Source of the DNA: Octopus sinensis
Taxonomy: Eukaryota
Assembly: GCF_006345805.1 (NCBI RefSeq)
Contig: NC_043018.1
Location: 27,776,001-27,840,000 of the forward strand
Length of the DNA: 64,000 nucleotides
Direction of reading: 5' to 3'
Shown here: piece after piece, positions 1 through 12,370 of the stretch
Layout: each line of letters starts with the position of its first letter
Position numbering within the stretch: position 1 is the stretch's first letter
Program-made: the position numbers and the translations under genes
Notes under the pieces: generated by a model
What the model was told of the DNA's origin: nothing
The model's input: the letters and a program-made list of their open reading frames with translations, nothing else
The model's database searches: none

Positions 1-105
1 TTAAGTACCAGTTACGCACTGGGGTCGATATAATTGACTTAATCCGTTTGTCTGTCCTTGTTTGTTCCATCTCTGTTCAGCCCCTTGTGGGTAATAAAGA
101 AATAA
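1..105 (+). mobile_element. 3' part of tRNA-derived SINE, family B (Meta-domain-like core)
   Basis: TAAGTACCAGTTACGCACTGGGGTCGATATAA...GCCCCTTGTGGGTAATAAAGAAATA is the reverse complement of the fuller copies at 24812-25039 and 29513-29722. Confidence 0.75.
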
Positions 106-654
106 ATAGTTTGTAGAAGACGCTTGCCCTAGGCGCCATCCAGTGGGACCGAGACCAGAAACGTGGCTGGGAAGTAAATCTCTAACCACACATCCACAGC
201 TCTGCCTGGATATAACTTTTATCATGTATTGCCAGATTACTTTAAATATTACATAGTTTAATGCATCAAAGACACCTGTTATCCTGATTAACTGCTGCGA
301 AAATCAGAGGGGGTCATAAAGCAGTGTTTAATCCATGGAATTTTTTTGTTTTGCAAGGGAGAGAAATCTAATATTATTAGCGAGAGTTACCTCCCTAAAA
401 TTGTATTTTTATTGTATTAATTATTAGAAGTAAGGAATTACAACCGTGTTTCGTGGTCTGCTCCCACAACAGCTCCTTTATAGGATCCAGTTAGCTCAAG
501 TCATCATCAGGAGGAACCACGTCCGATTTCGGCCCCTACTCCTCTACCGTTTTGACGTGGCGGGGGCCTCTCCTTTCGGAGGTGTCTTCAGCTCTGGTGT
601 TGGGTGCATGTCTTCTTTCTTCTTCTTTCTTCTGTTCCCCGGCCTCTTCGAAGT

Positions 655-656
655 GC

Positions 657-710
<54 letters not shown>

Positions 711-905
711 TGTGTGTGTGGGGGGGGTGTGTATGTGCGTGGGCGTGTGTTTGGTTGTGTGTGGGTGTGGTGTGGTGTGGTGTGGGTGGTGGGTGTGTTG
801 TGTGCGTGTGTGCGTGTGTTGGTTGTTGTGTGTGTGTTTGTGTGGTGTGTTGTATGTGTGTGCGTGTGCGTGTGTTTGTTTGTGTGTGGGGGGGTGGATG
901 TGTGT
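655..905. repeat. Degenerate (GT)n microsatellite
   Basis: Visible GT/GTG repeats; source of the Cys/Val and His/Thr ORFs. Confidence 0.95.
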
Positions 906-1059
906 CCGTGTTTTTCCCCTCAGCATCGCTTTTTCTTGCGTCTGAAGAAAGTCATATTGTCTTGATGCCTTATTATCGAACACACTCACTGGTTCGATTT
1001 CCACTCGCTTTTCATTATCTATCTTTCTTTCTTTCTTTCTTTTTCTTTTTGTTTTTACG

Positions 1060-1448
1060 TGTTTCAGTCATTTGACTGCGGCCATGCTGGAGCACCGCCT
1101 TTAATCGAGCAACTCGACGCCGGAACTTATTCTTTGTAAGCCCAGTACTTATTCTATCGGTCTCTTTTGCCGAACCGCTAAGTGACGGGGACGTAAGCAT
1201 ACAAGCATCGGTTGTCAAGTAATGCTAGGGGCACAAACACAGACACACAAACACATACACACACATACATATATATACATATATACGAAAGGCTTCTTTC
1301 AGTTTCCGTCTACCAAATATACTCACAAGGCTTTGGTCGGCCCGGGGCTATAGCAGAAGACACTTGCCCAAGATGCCACGCAGTGGGACTGAACCCAGAA
1401 CCATGTGGTTGGTTAGCAAGCTACTTACCACACAACCACTCCTGCGCC
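1060..1448 (-). mobile_element. tRNA-derived CORE-type SINE, family A (octopus OR-type), near full length
   Basis: Minus strand starts GGCGCAGGAGTGGTTGTGTGGTAAG (A box) ... GGGTTCAGTCCC (B box), then CTTGGGCAAGT core and an internal (TG/TA)n tract; near-identical copy at 61244-61643. Confidence 0.85.
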
Positions 1449-1789
1449 TATATATATATATATTTCTTCCAAACTTTCTGTTGCTTTAGCAACCTTGTCA
1501 ATGAATGTTGAGTGTTTTTTTTGAAAAAAAAAACTTATTTGAAAAGTGAAAAAGAATACTCGTCTCCGCTCGTCGGTTCATTGAGCTGAACTGCTATGTT
1601 ACGAGGACGCAAACAAAACAACATCGGTTTTGAACTGGAAGTTGGCAATCGCGATACAGAGATATTGTTTTTGAGCTGAGTATGTGGGGGGTGTGCTAGA
1701 TTCCTTTGTTCGAAAATATAAGGACACAGATCGTGTCGTATAGCCAGCTGGAGACGATGTCTCCTGGAACTAAATTACAGCAACATTCG

Positions 1790-2085
1790 TCCTAAACCAG
1801 GACTGCCATGTTATGTTAGCAAACAACCTTTAATCCAAAGTACTTTAGTTTCCTTTCTTCTAATAGTCTAGAATTATGATCTTGTATTCGCTAGTTGTAG
1901 CACTTTTTCATTAATCATATGTTTTGTCCAAGATACGCTAAGCATTCTTCTGTATGTCCACATTTCAAAACCTTTTAGTTTGTCGACAAATAGTTTTCGT
2001 CAATGTTGTCCACCATCGGATAATTTAGTCCAGTACTTGATGATATCAAACCAGCTTGTTCTTTGTCTTTCTCTCGACTGTTTGC
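1790..2085 (-). mobile_element. RTE-clade LINE C-terminal fragment (decayed)
   Basis: Minus translation KLKGFEMWTYRRMLSVSWTKHMINEKVL...RKLKYFG and RQRTSWFDIIKYWT match the RTE post-RT motifs FEMWxYRRMLxISW and GRPRxxWxD. Confidence 0.7.
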
Positions 2086-2999
2086 AAGTTATTTCTGTTT
2101 TTAATAGTTTTTTGTTGTTGTAGTAGTAGTAGTAGTAGTTTTTCTTCATTCCTATGTATATCGCTAGCACAGCAGTTAAGGCTATTTCCAGTACCGAGGT
2201 ACCTACCATTGACAAAGTCAAATGCGGCCGAAATCATGCGATCTGGTTGTAGCTGTGATTTTCTGCCGCTGGCGATTGCTATCATGTGCTTTTATACACC
2301 AAAAAACCATAAGAGAGTTTTTCTTTCCTGGTAAATATTACGGTATTTGTGAGTTCTTACGGTATTTGTGTTCTTCATTTGTCTTATGTCTTGTCCAAAA
2401 TATTCTTAACATTTTCCCATACAAGTTTATATTTGGTCCAATTGGCGTAAGTAGATTAAAAACATTTTTCTATCTTTAGAAAATGGTATCGACCATTGAC
2501 AAAACCAAATAATTCAAAATCAGCCAACAAATATTAGAGATACTGGAATCAATATAATTTGGTTGACGATGGATTGAACTTATAATATGGAGAAATGATT
2601 TTCACTGATAAGTCTGTAGAAAGTAGAATCATGAAATGGTTGAGAGACAGAAAAGACAAAGGGAGAATCACTGAATATCTCGTAATGTTAAAAATTGCTG
2701 TCGTGCAATAAATTTAAATTAATTTTCTGTAGTTAAAATTTTCAATAATAAAAGAAGTTCAATAACCACATTTCGATAAAAATCAATTACAATTAGAATT
2801 CTTAAGAATTTTCTAGACCGTGTAGTCTTTAATAATTACTTTCTTTTTGCAAATGTTACATTCTCCCGACTTATTAATAAGCAGCTTTCTTTATTACTGC
2901 AGAGATCTCCACATTTCTAAACCTTTTCGTCGATGTCTATCTTTCTGCACAATATAATGATAATGGACCATTTACACAGCGTTATTCTTGTTTCTGAAA

Positions 3000-3315
3000 G
3001 CGCATGGCTTAGTGTTTAGAGCGTCGGTTTCACAATCATGAGGTATTGAGCTCGATTCCCGGACTGGGCTGTGTTGTGTTCTTGAGCATGACACCTTATT
3101 TCATGTTGTTCCAGCTCATTCAGCTGTAGAAATGAGTTGTGACGTCACTGGTGCCAAGCTGTATCAGCCTTTACCTTTTTCTTGGATAACATCAGCGGCG
3201 TGGAGAGAAGACGCTGGTATTCAGGGGTGAGGGCTGGTCTTCCATAAACAACCTTGTCCGGAGGATAACTTTCTAAATACAATCCCACGGTCCTCATGAC
3301 CGAAAGGGGTCTTTG
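3000..3315 (+). mobile_element. tRNA-derived SINE, family D
   Basis: GCGCATGGCTTAGTG (A box), GCTCGATTCCC (B box), TGTGTTCTTGAGCA core; reverse-complement relative at 32225-32558. Confidence 0.75.
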
Positions 3316-3548
3316 CTGTATTCTTCTTTCTATAGCTCTTGATGTTTATTAATTAATGATGGTAAATTAATCAATCATAATCTAGTTAAATTTTTTAAAA
3401 ACAATACCCCTAAAAATACAGATATCCAATAATTGGCAATTGTTTCTTCATTGTTCTAAATGAATTCCCTCTCGGAATCAACAGAAATTTCGGGGGTGCA
3501 AAAACGTGTTTGTTACAATAACAAACCCTTTGAGGTCCTTTCTTTCCT

Positions 3549-3584
<36 letters not shown>

Positions 3585-3719
3585 TCGTTCTTTCTTCATT
3601 CCTTCCTCCCCTCCTTCTTCCCTTCCTTTAGCGATCTACAATATTTATTCATCTGGTATACGAATGTAAAGTCCACAGTCTGTCCGAAGTTCGGAGTTTG
3701 TGACCTGTGAATCAGAAAC

Positions 3720-4194
3720 GCATACACACACACATGCAAACATACGCACACGCACACACAACACACACACACACACGCACACACACACACACACACACAT
3801 ACACACGCACGCAAACGCGCGCACACACAAACACACACACACGCACCCGTACCGAGGCACACATGCACACACATACAAAAGTATGCATGAAGCATACACT
3901 TTGTCACACACGAACTCAGATATATAACCGCGCACACAATTATAATACACACACACACACACATATATATAGATACATATGCACAGCCAGACACACACAC
4001 ATGTATGCATACATGCATACATACTCTCACACATAGCTTTCGATTATCTCTCTCTCTCTCTCTCTTTCCCCTCAACACACATATATATACATTTGCATAG
4101 ACACACACATACATATACGCATGCATACATACATACCGTACATGCGTTCTTACATACATATATGCATACATATATACATTCATTCATATATTCA

Positions 4195-4228
<34 letters not shown>

Positions 4229-4768
4229 CATACATACATATATACATGCATGCATACATAGATTCTTACATGTATGTATGTATATACATATATATATATA
4301 CATACATACACGCATACATATATACATACACGCATACATACATACTTACTTACATACATATATGTACATACACACATATATACGTACAAACACACATACG
4401 TGCATACATGCATACCTATCTACCTTCCTCCCTCCCTCCTTACCTACCTACCTACCTACCTACCTACATATATACATACATGTAACTCTCTTCTACACAC
4501 ATATAGATTTATACAGACAGACACACATAAACACATGCAAATACACACACATATACACATGCATACATATATCTGTCAATCTTTCTATCTTTCTCCCTCC
4601 ACACATACACACACGCACACACATACATACATGTATCTATCTTTTTCTGTATCTCTATCCCCCTCAAAACACACATACACATACACACACACATGTATAC
4701 GTGTATCTGTTTTTCCACACACATACGAGTACGGACACACGCTCGTACTCATTCACATACATACACAC

Positions 4769-4866
<98 letters not shown>

Positions 4867-4880
4867 CATACACACACACA
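3720..4880. repeat. Compound (CA)n/(CATA)n/(CT)n/(TA)n microsatellite block
   Basis: Direct inspection. Confidence 0.95.
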
Positions 4881-5322
4881 AAGAGATACACCTCCTTGGT
4901 TATTCGGGTGGATGGGAGTAATTTTGACAAATTAAGTGAATATGTTCTGTTAAAAGAGATTGGATGTAGGGGAGTGAGTGGGTGTGTTGGAATGGCTTTA
5001 CAAACGGGTGGGGAAAGGGTACCCAGCCTTTTATCTCACCCTCTAACACGTGACTTCTATTTCATGTTTCAATTAGACATCTTGTACTCCACCCCGCTCT
5101 CGCTCACACCCCACCCCACCCGGTAGGGTCATTGTTTGGAGCGGGTAAAAAGGGGGTAACAGGGTTATTGGTGTTGTTGTTGGTGTAGTTGTTGCTGTTG
5201 CTCTTGTTGTAGTTGTTGGAGTTAGTGTTGTTGTTTGTGTTGTTGTTGTTATTATTACTGCTGCTGCTGTTGCTGCTTTGTTTGCTTGTTTGTTTGTTGA
5301 GAGAATCGGTCGTCGTCTCATT

Positions 5323-5612
5323 AGGGGGAGAAATCCGAAACGTGGTCCTTTGCTATTCGTAAGACCCGCAGAAGAGATAGCAGGTCAACCCCCGACACCG
5401 AGAGCATCGACGGATGGATGAATGCGCATCCAGGCTCAGCGGTTGCGTAGGAAGTCGGGGACAAGAAACAGGAAGAAAGAGTGAGAGAAAGTTGTAGCGA
5501 AAGAGTACAACAGGGGTCACCCCCCCACCACCGCTGCCGGAGCCTCGTGGAGCCTTAGGTGTTTTCGCTCAATAAACACACACAACGCCCGGTCTGAGAA
5601 TCGAAACCGCGA
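5323..5612 (-). mobile_element. SINE family C relative, 5'-truncated, with variant 3' half
   Basis: Shares GTGTTTTCGCTCAATAAACACACACAACGCCCGGTCTGAGAATCGAAACCGCG and GAGTGAGAGAAAGTTG with the copies at 10646, 26790 and 58581. Confidence 0.65.
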
Positions 5613-5619
5613 TAAGCTA

Positions 5620-6718
5620 CCTACATCAACTTGCTATAAAAGCAGGTAGTTATTTTACCTTGTCCTTATTCTTAGTGCAACTTTTGGGGAGTCCAGTTAG
5701 ATTTTAACAGTTATTTTTTTCAAAGCTATGATGGGACTGACAAAGGAGCATATTCGGCACATTATGCTTTATGAGTTCAATAAAGATAACAATGCAATGG
5801 AAGGTGCGAGGAATGTTAATGCAGTATATGTGGATCGGACAATAAGCGTAAGGCAGGGTCAACGGGTATTTTCGGAAATTCCAAGCCAGAAACTACAGTC
5901 TAAAAGACGAGCCTCATCCTGGAAGATCTGTGGAGATCGACGAGGAGATCCTGCAAAACCTGGTGGAACAAAATCCCATTGTTACTGTTGAAGAACTAGC
6001 AGAGAAGCTTGGATTTGGTCATTCAACCATTCATTGACACCCGCGTGCCATCGGAAAACTAAGCAAATTGGGTCATTGAGTTCCTCACAAACCTTCCGAG
6101 TCTAGTCGTGCACAGAGAGTGAATGTGTGCTGTTCTTTGCTGTCACGTCTCACAAATGAACCTTTTTTGGCACCGAATAGTGACTGGTGACGAGAAATGG
6201 GTTCTCTATAAAAATATTAAACGCAGAAGACAATGGGTAGGTAAAGGAGGAACACCGGCACCCCAGGTTAAGAAAGGTGTTATCTGTTTGATGGGATATG
6301 AAAAGTTTAGTCCACTTTGAACTTTAAAACCCAAACCAAACGATAACAAAGGAGATCTACTGCGAGCAGCTTATGCGGCTTAAGTCAGCGCTGGAAGAAA
6401 GTCGACCATCTTTGGTTTCAAGACGGAATGTGTTTTGCCATCAGAAATGCCACATACAGCGAGGATGACATTCCAAAGGTTGGAGCAGTTTGAATAGGAA
6501 ACGATGCCCCACTCACCATATTTACCGGACATTTCCCCTTCTGATTATCATTTATTCCGCAGTCTTCAAAAGCAGTTGGACGGAAAAAATATGAATTCTG
6601 TAGACGAGCTGAGAATAGTACTAGAGGAGTATTTTTCGTGACGGAGAAGGAAATTTTGGAAGAGGGGCTTTGCAAGTCTAACAGATGGATGGAAGAGCAG
6701 TGTAGAAAATGAAGGAGA
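5620..6718 (+). mobile_element. Decayed mariner (DD34D) transposon, transposase pseudogene
   Basis: MMGLTKEHIRHIMLYEF (ATG 5728), decayed WVPH, IVTGDEKWVLY (first D) and PYLPDISPSDYHLF (YSPDLAPSDYHLF motif); several frameshifts and stops; TIRs not recognisable. Confidence 0.9.
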
Positions 6719-6719
6719 G

Positions 6720-6880
6720 TGTTTGTATGCGTGTGAGTGCGCTTGTGTGTATGTGTAGGTATGTGTATGTATGTATATACACATACACACAGACACATCA
6801 CGCGCACTAACGTACACACAGACACATCACGCGCACTAACGTACACACACGTACACACACACACGCACATATACACACAC

Positions 6881-6918
<38 letters not shown>

Positions 6919-7023
6919 ACATGTATGTATTTTGTAAATACCAATATGTTTTCTCTCTGTATCACTCTGTCTCTGTATCTGCGTGTCTCTCTCTTTCTCT
7001 CTATCTTTCTATCTGTATGTCTG

Positions 7024-7084
<61 letters not shown>

Positions 7085-7152
7085 TTAACTGCCTGTCTGC
7101 CTGCCTGTCCGTCCGTCTGTCTGTCTGTCTTTCTGTCTGTCTGTCTTTCTGG

Positions 7153-7221
<69 letters not shown>

Positions 7222-8567
7222 ATCTATCTATCTATCTTTATTTTTTGTTACTCTGCTCAGCCCAGCTATACTCTCACTCACTCACTCACTCACTCACTCA
7301 CTTACTCACTCACTCACTCACTTTCTCTCTATCACTGTCTAGACCTCACGCACATTTGCAAATACTCACTCACACACACACACATACACACACACACACA
7401 CACGCATACACACACGCATACACACACACACATGAATACCGAAATTCACCGACAGTAGCAGAAACAGCAACAACAACAACAACCTCACTCACCCCCCCAC
7501 ACCTCCACGAATCCCTACTATTGTAATATGTTCCCAATTAGTCACCTGCTGTAGTCCCAGATTCTTCAATAAGACATCAAATATTATCCATGTTATCTTG
7601 TTGACAACAAGTTGACCCCATGATGGGAGTTACTCACCTCACACTTATTTGAAAACGGATTCGTTCAATTAAGTGTATTAGAAACATTCTTTTGATTTCA
7701 CGATCACGCACACGCACACGCACACGTGCACACACGTAAACACACACACACGCATACACACGTACACACACGCACACATACGTACATACGTAATTCCATA
7801 TGTACGTACATGCACACACATATGCGAACAAAATATAAATTCACTCTCTTATATAGATATGTGTGTGTGTGTGTGCGTGTGTGTGTGTGTGTGTGTGTTG
7901 TGAGTGTGTGTGTGTATATGTGTGTGTGTGTGTATGTGTGTGAGTTTGCGTGTGTGTTTATGTGTGTGAGTTTGCGTGTGTGTGTATGTGTGTGAGTGTG
8001 CGTGTGTGTGTGTGTGTGAGTGTGTATGTGTGTGAGTGTGCGTGTGTGTGTATGTGTGTGAGTGTGCGTGTGTGTGTATGTGTGTGAGCGTGTGTGTATG
8101 TGTGTAAGTGTGCGTGTATATGTATGTATGGATGGATGGATGGATGAATGCGTGAGTGATACACTTGAACGCACTCATCTACACGCTCACAACATGTACA
8201 TACAATAATGCGCATACATACCTATATACATACTTACACACGTACATATGTATATATGTATATATGTAATAGATATATATACACACACATATATACATAC
8301 ATATATGCATACATATGTGTGTATGTATATATACATATATATGTATGTATGTACATGTATATATATATATATGTATACGTATAGGTATGTATGTATCTAT
8401 GTATGTATATACGTATGTATATATCTATGTATGTATACGTAGCTATAAGTGTGTTTGTGTATGTGTGTATATATGTATATGGATGTATGTATACATACAT
8501 GTATAAATACGGACGTTAAATGAAACCATGTCTTCTCACCCTCTCACACAAACGCATTCATACATGC

Positions 8568-8600
<33 letters not shown>
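6720..8600. repeat. Compound (CA)n, (TATC)n, (CACT)n, (TG)n, (TA)n, (GA)n microsatellites
   Basis: Direct inspection; short unique island at ~7500-7700. Confidence 0.9.
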
Positions 8601-8604
<4 letters not shown>

Positions 8605-8811
8605 AAGGGAGGGGGCAATATTTTCTGGAATGTTCGCCGAGAAATTGGTCAGCAGCCGATCGCTTTTTGAAGTACATCTCCTACATATTTCCATTTGATT
8701 TTCTGAATCAAACATAAATAAACAAATATATATCGCCAAAGTTAATGGGAAGGGGATGAGAATCGAACCTTCCACTCATCTTTTACATTCCGTTGCCTCC
8801 AATCATGTATA

Positions 8812-9703
8812 CAGGTCGTCGTCGACTTACGACCGATCGACTTTACGACGATTGGCGCTCCAGTTCTAAGCAGCAATAATAAATAGTCCTGTTGAAATCT
8901 AATGGGTTTAATATCATAGAAATTAACCCTTCTGCAGATAATGTCAGCTAACAAACGCTTACCCTAGCTTTGGTTATCGATCGCCACTGTTTTGGATAAC
9001 TATCCTGTCACGGAAACATCGAGGCAACCGGATCTTTTCGGTTTGAATGGCAGTATTTTCTAGCGGTGTGATATGAAATTGTCACTCATAATTATGACCC
9101 TAGTATCGATCTATCTCATTTCAATCTGTTTTAGGGTTAGGGTTAGTTAGGGTTAGGGGTGGGGGAAGGGTATCTTTTTTTCTTCACAAATGTAAACAAG
9201 CCCAATCTGTATCTTAAACGAGGGACATATTGATGCGGCACAGAATGTTTTTTTTACCTCAATGGACGTCAGTGATTGGTTGAAATTGCAGAAATTGAAG
9301 AAAAAAACAACAAATATCTTACAAACTATAATATTTTCTCAATAATGCCAAGAGAAAAAGATGTTTTATAAACACATTCTACTAGTATACGAAGTTTAAA
9401 CTTTTTTAGTTACCTAGAAATTACTTTTAAAAACTGCCGTTCAAACCGAACAGATCCAGGCAACCTCGTATTTGTTTATAAGACGACTGCTTGAGACTCC
9501 AACACTTTTGACTAACGCCAGTATAACAGTATAATATAGAATGATGTGTGACTTTTACCTGAGAATGTGCCGTAAGAATGTAAAAATATGAAAGAAAGAT
9601 ATGTAGGCCTATAGGCCGACTTACGACCAAATCAACTTACGACCAAATCGACTTACGACCAGTCAGTCGGAACCAATTTTAGTCGTAAGTCGACGACGAC
9701 CTA
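8812..9703. mobile_element. Tigger/pogo-like MITE (Tc1/mariner superfamily), interrupted by a nested MITE
   Basis: TIR CAGGTCGTCGTCGACTTACGAC ... GTCGTAAGTCGACGACGACCTA, flanked by TA on both sides; subterminal GACTTACGACC repeats at 9619-9660. Confidence 0.8.
9030..9457. mobile_element. MITE with ~25-bp TIR and 8-bp TSD (Merlin- or hAT-like) containing TTAGGG repeats
   Basis: TIR GGATCTTTTCGGTTTGAATGGCAGT / ACTGCCGTTCAAACCGAACAGATCC; TSD AGGCAACC at 9022-9029 and 9458-9465; TTAGGG repeats at 9131-9157. Confidence 0.85.
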
Positions 9704-9734
9704 TAATATCTCCCTCATCTTTTATCTTTCCCTT

Positions 9735-10105
9735 GTTTCAATCATTCGACTGCGGTCATGCTGGGGCACTGCTTTGAACAGTTTTTACTCGAATGAATCG
9801 ATCAGTACTTTTTTGTTGAAGCCTGGGGACGTTAACACACCAACACCGGTTGTCAAGCAATGGCGTGGGACAAATACAGGAACAAAGGCACACAGATACA
9901 CATACACACGTATGTCTGTGTTCCTGAGTTCGATCACTTCCAGCCACTGCTTGACGGTTGAAGTGCTTTTGCTTATGTTCCCGTGAATTAGCGGTCCGGC
10001 AAAAGCGACCGATAGAATGAGTATCTGGTTCAACAAATAAGTACTGAAACTCATCAAAGTAGTGCTGCATCATGGCCAGAGTCTAATGACTGAAACAAGT
10101 AACAG
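9735..10105. mobile_element. Two diverged family A SINE 3' halves in opposite orientation
   Basis: GACTGCGGTCATGCTGGGGCAC...CCAACACCGGTTGTCAAGC on the left; GCTTGACGGTTG...CATGGCC...AATGACTGAAACAAG on the right. Confidence 0.6.
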
Positions 10106-10645
10106 ATGAACGACGAAACGCACTCACAGTATACACCCCCCCACACACACATACACTAACTGATATATACACACACACACACTGACACACACACATACAC
10201 AGAAACACATACACAGTATACACACCCACGCACACACACATACACTAACTGATATACACGCACACACACATACACACATACATACACACTCACACACACA
10301 TACAGACACAAATACATACATACACAGAAATACATACACTCACACATACATACACACTTATTCATATTCCGTAGAATACCAGATATTGTAGACTCGGTGT
10401 TTAGATCAACATTCCACTCTATTCCCGTGTTACCTTTATAAGCGTATTATTCAAGCTGCGAAAGTCTAAATTGTTACATAACACGAATCACATAACATCA
10501 AAGTAACGATTCTATTGTTGACGGCCAACAGTTGCTTATGCATGCAAGTCTTTCCGTTTTCTTTCTACGCCTTTGATGCTGTCCAAAGGAAGGGCGACGA
10601 CTTTGGGCGATGTAGTTTGGTACCAGTGTCGGTCAAAGAGTTGCC

Positions 10646-11245
10646 GTGGAGGCACATGGCCTAGTGGTTAGAGCAGCGGACTTGCGGTCAACAGTGCGCG
10701 GGTTCGAATCTCAGACCGGGCGATGTGTGTGTGTTTATGAGCGAAAACACCTAAGCTCCACGCGGCGCCGGCAGAAGGTAATGGCGAAACTTCTGCTGAC
10801 TCTTTCGCCACTACTTTCTCTCACTCTTTCCTCTTGCATCTTGCAGCTCACCTGCGACGGACCGGCGTCCCAAGAAACCGGGAAACCGGCCCTTATGAGC
10901 CAGGCATGGCTCGAGAAGGAACAAAAAACAGACAGAGGCAGCAGTAGTGGAGGCACATGGCCTAGTGGTTAGAGGGATCGCGGTTTCGAATCTCAGATCG
11001 GGTGATGTGTGTGTGTGTTTATGAGCGAAAACACCTAAGCTCCATGCGGCTCCGGCAGAAGGTAATGGCGAAACTTCTGTTGACTCTTTCGCCACAGCTT
11101 TCGCTCACTCTTTCCTCCTGCATCTTGTAGCTCACCTGCGACGGACCGGCGTCCCGTCCAGGTGGGGAACCTATACGCCAAGAAACAGGGGAAACCGGCC
11201 CTTATGAGCCAGGCATGGCTCGAGAAGGAACAAACAACAAACAAA
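10646..11245 (+). mobile_element. Tandem dimer of tRNA-derived SINE family C with a shared TSD
   Basis: Two units starting GTGGAGGCACATGGCCTAGTGGTTAGAG (10646, ~10947), B box GGTTCGAATC, (AAAC)n tail; TSD CAAAGAGTTGC at 10634-10644 and 11246-11256. Confidence 0.85.
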
Positions 11246-11667
11246 CAAAGAGTTGCTGTTGGAATTCAGCAAATCATAATCAAATACAGCAAGAGATCCT
11301 TTCCGAACAGCAACGAGCTATACGTCCGCAGAGAGCTTTCAACTGATGATGTCCAAGGGCGGGACAATGACTTTGGCCGAAATGGTTGGCCACCAGTGTC
11401 GTTCCAAGAGTTGTCGTTAGAATTCAGCAAATTAGAATCAGATATAGTTAGAGATGTTGTTCTATGCTTTGGTACATCCCCCCAATCCTCTATCCTAATG
11501 ATTCTCCACTGGATTCCATATGATCCTTTGGGATCCACATAAGATATTATTTTGCTAAAATGTATGTGCGATAAGTTGGTTACACTTCGACATTACACAA
11601 AATATTTCAAAAATTTTAATACAATCCCTAATAAACTTTAATTCTACAAATACAGTGGGATTCCTTT

Positions 11668-11714
<47 letters not shown>

Positions 11715-12228
11715 GAAAAATACAATAATGGTAAAAACAGGACAAAAACAGCGGGTGTCTTACGACTAATAAACAGTACAACTTAGTTTAACTGGCGTGT
11801 TTTGGAAAAAATGCCTTTATCGGCAGACTAAGACAACGATGTTCTCACGGCAGTGGTCAGAGGCCAAAAGGCTGGTTTGACCAGCGGTCACGTGAGAGAA
11901 GAGAAAGAAAAGAAAGAAAAAAGAAGGGGGGCAAAGGAAACAAAGAGAAGGAGAAAAAGAGGGACGAAGGCAACATGGGGGGGGGGAGAAGAGAGAGAAA
12001 GAAGGAATTAAAGAGGGGAGAAGAAAGAGTGCGTGCCAAGGATTGGCTGGGGATAGAATCAGTGAGTGCAATTGAGAAAGACAGAGAAATGTGTATGCTG
12101 AATGGCTATGAAGGGCCAGTTGCGTAAAATAAGAATCGAAGGGATCCAGAAGCAAATGTTTGAGACCCACTGAGTTAGACAGAGGATGGGGCAAGATCCC
12201 TGCTACAACCTCATTGCAAGAATCTAGA

Positions 12229-12370
12229 GCAGGGGCTCTCAACAGGTATCCATATGGCTATGAGGAGTCCATATGGCCCTGAGGAGTCAATATGGCCCTG
12301 AGGAGTCCATATGGCCCTGAGGAATCCATATGGCTATGAAGGGTCCAAATGGCCCTGAGGAGTTCATATT
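12229..12370 (+). repeat. ~20-bp tandem minisatellite (CCATATGGCCCTGAGGAGT, about 6 copies), possibly the subterminal region of a hAT-type element
   Basis: Repeat units visible at 12250-12368, preceded by CAGGGGCTCTCAAC, which resembles a hAT terminus; no matching right end found. Confidence 0.6.

Noticed and set aside
435-590. Possible minus-strand hammerheads (CTGAAGA and CTGATGA with downstream GAAA)
   Set aside because: Could not form convincing stems I and II; at most a decayed pLTR.
446-8506. Long Cys/Val, His/Thr and Tyr/Ile ORFs here and throughout the window
   Set aside because: Translations of (GT)n, (CA)n, (TA)n and (CATA)n microsatellites with no domain content.
9131-9163. Chromosome end or telomere fusion
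   Set aside because: Only about four units, lying inside a TIR/TSD-bounded MITE.
10646-10720. tRNA gene candidates (also at 3000, 26790, 58810 and 32490)
   Set aside because: A/B boxes continue into SINE bodies with tails and, for some, TSDs; no proper acceptor stem.
12250-12368. CRISPR-like short repeats
   Set aside because: Head-to-tail minisatellite with no unique spacers, no cas genes and a eukaryotic context.
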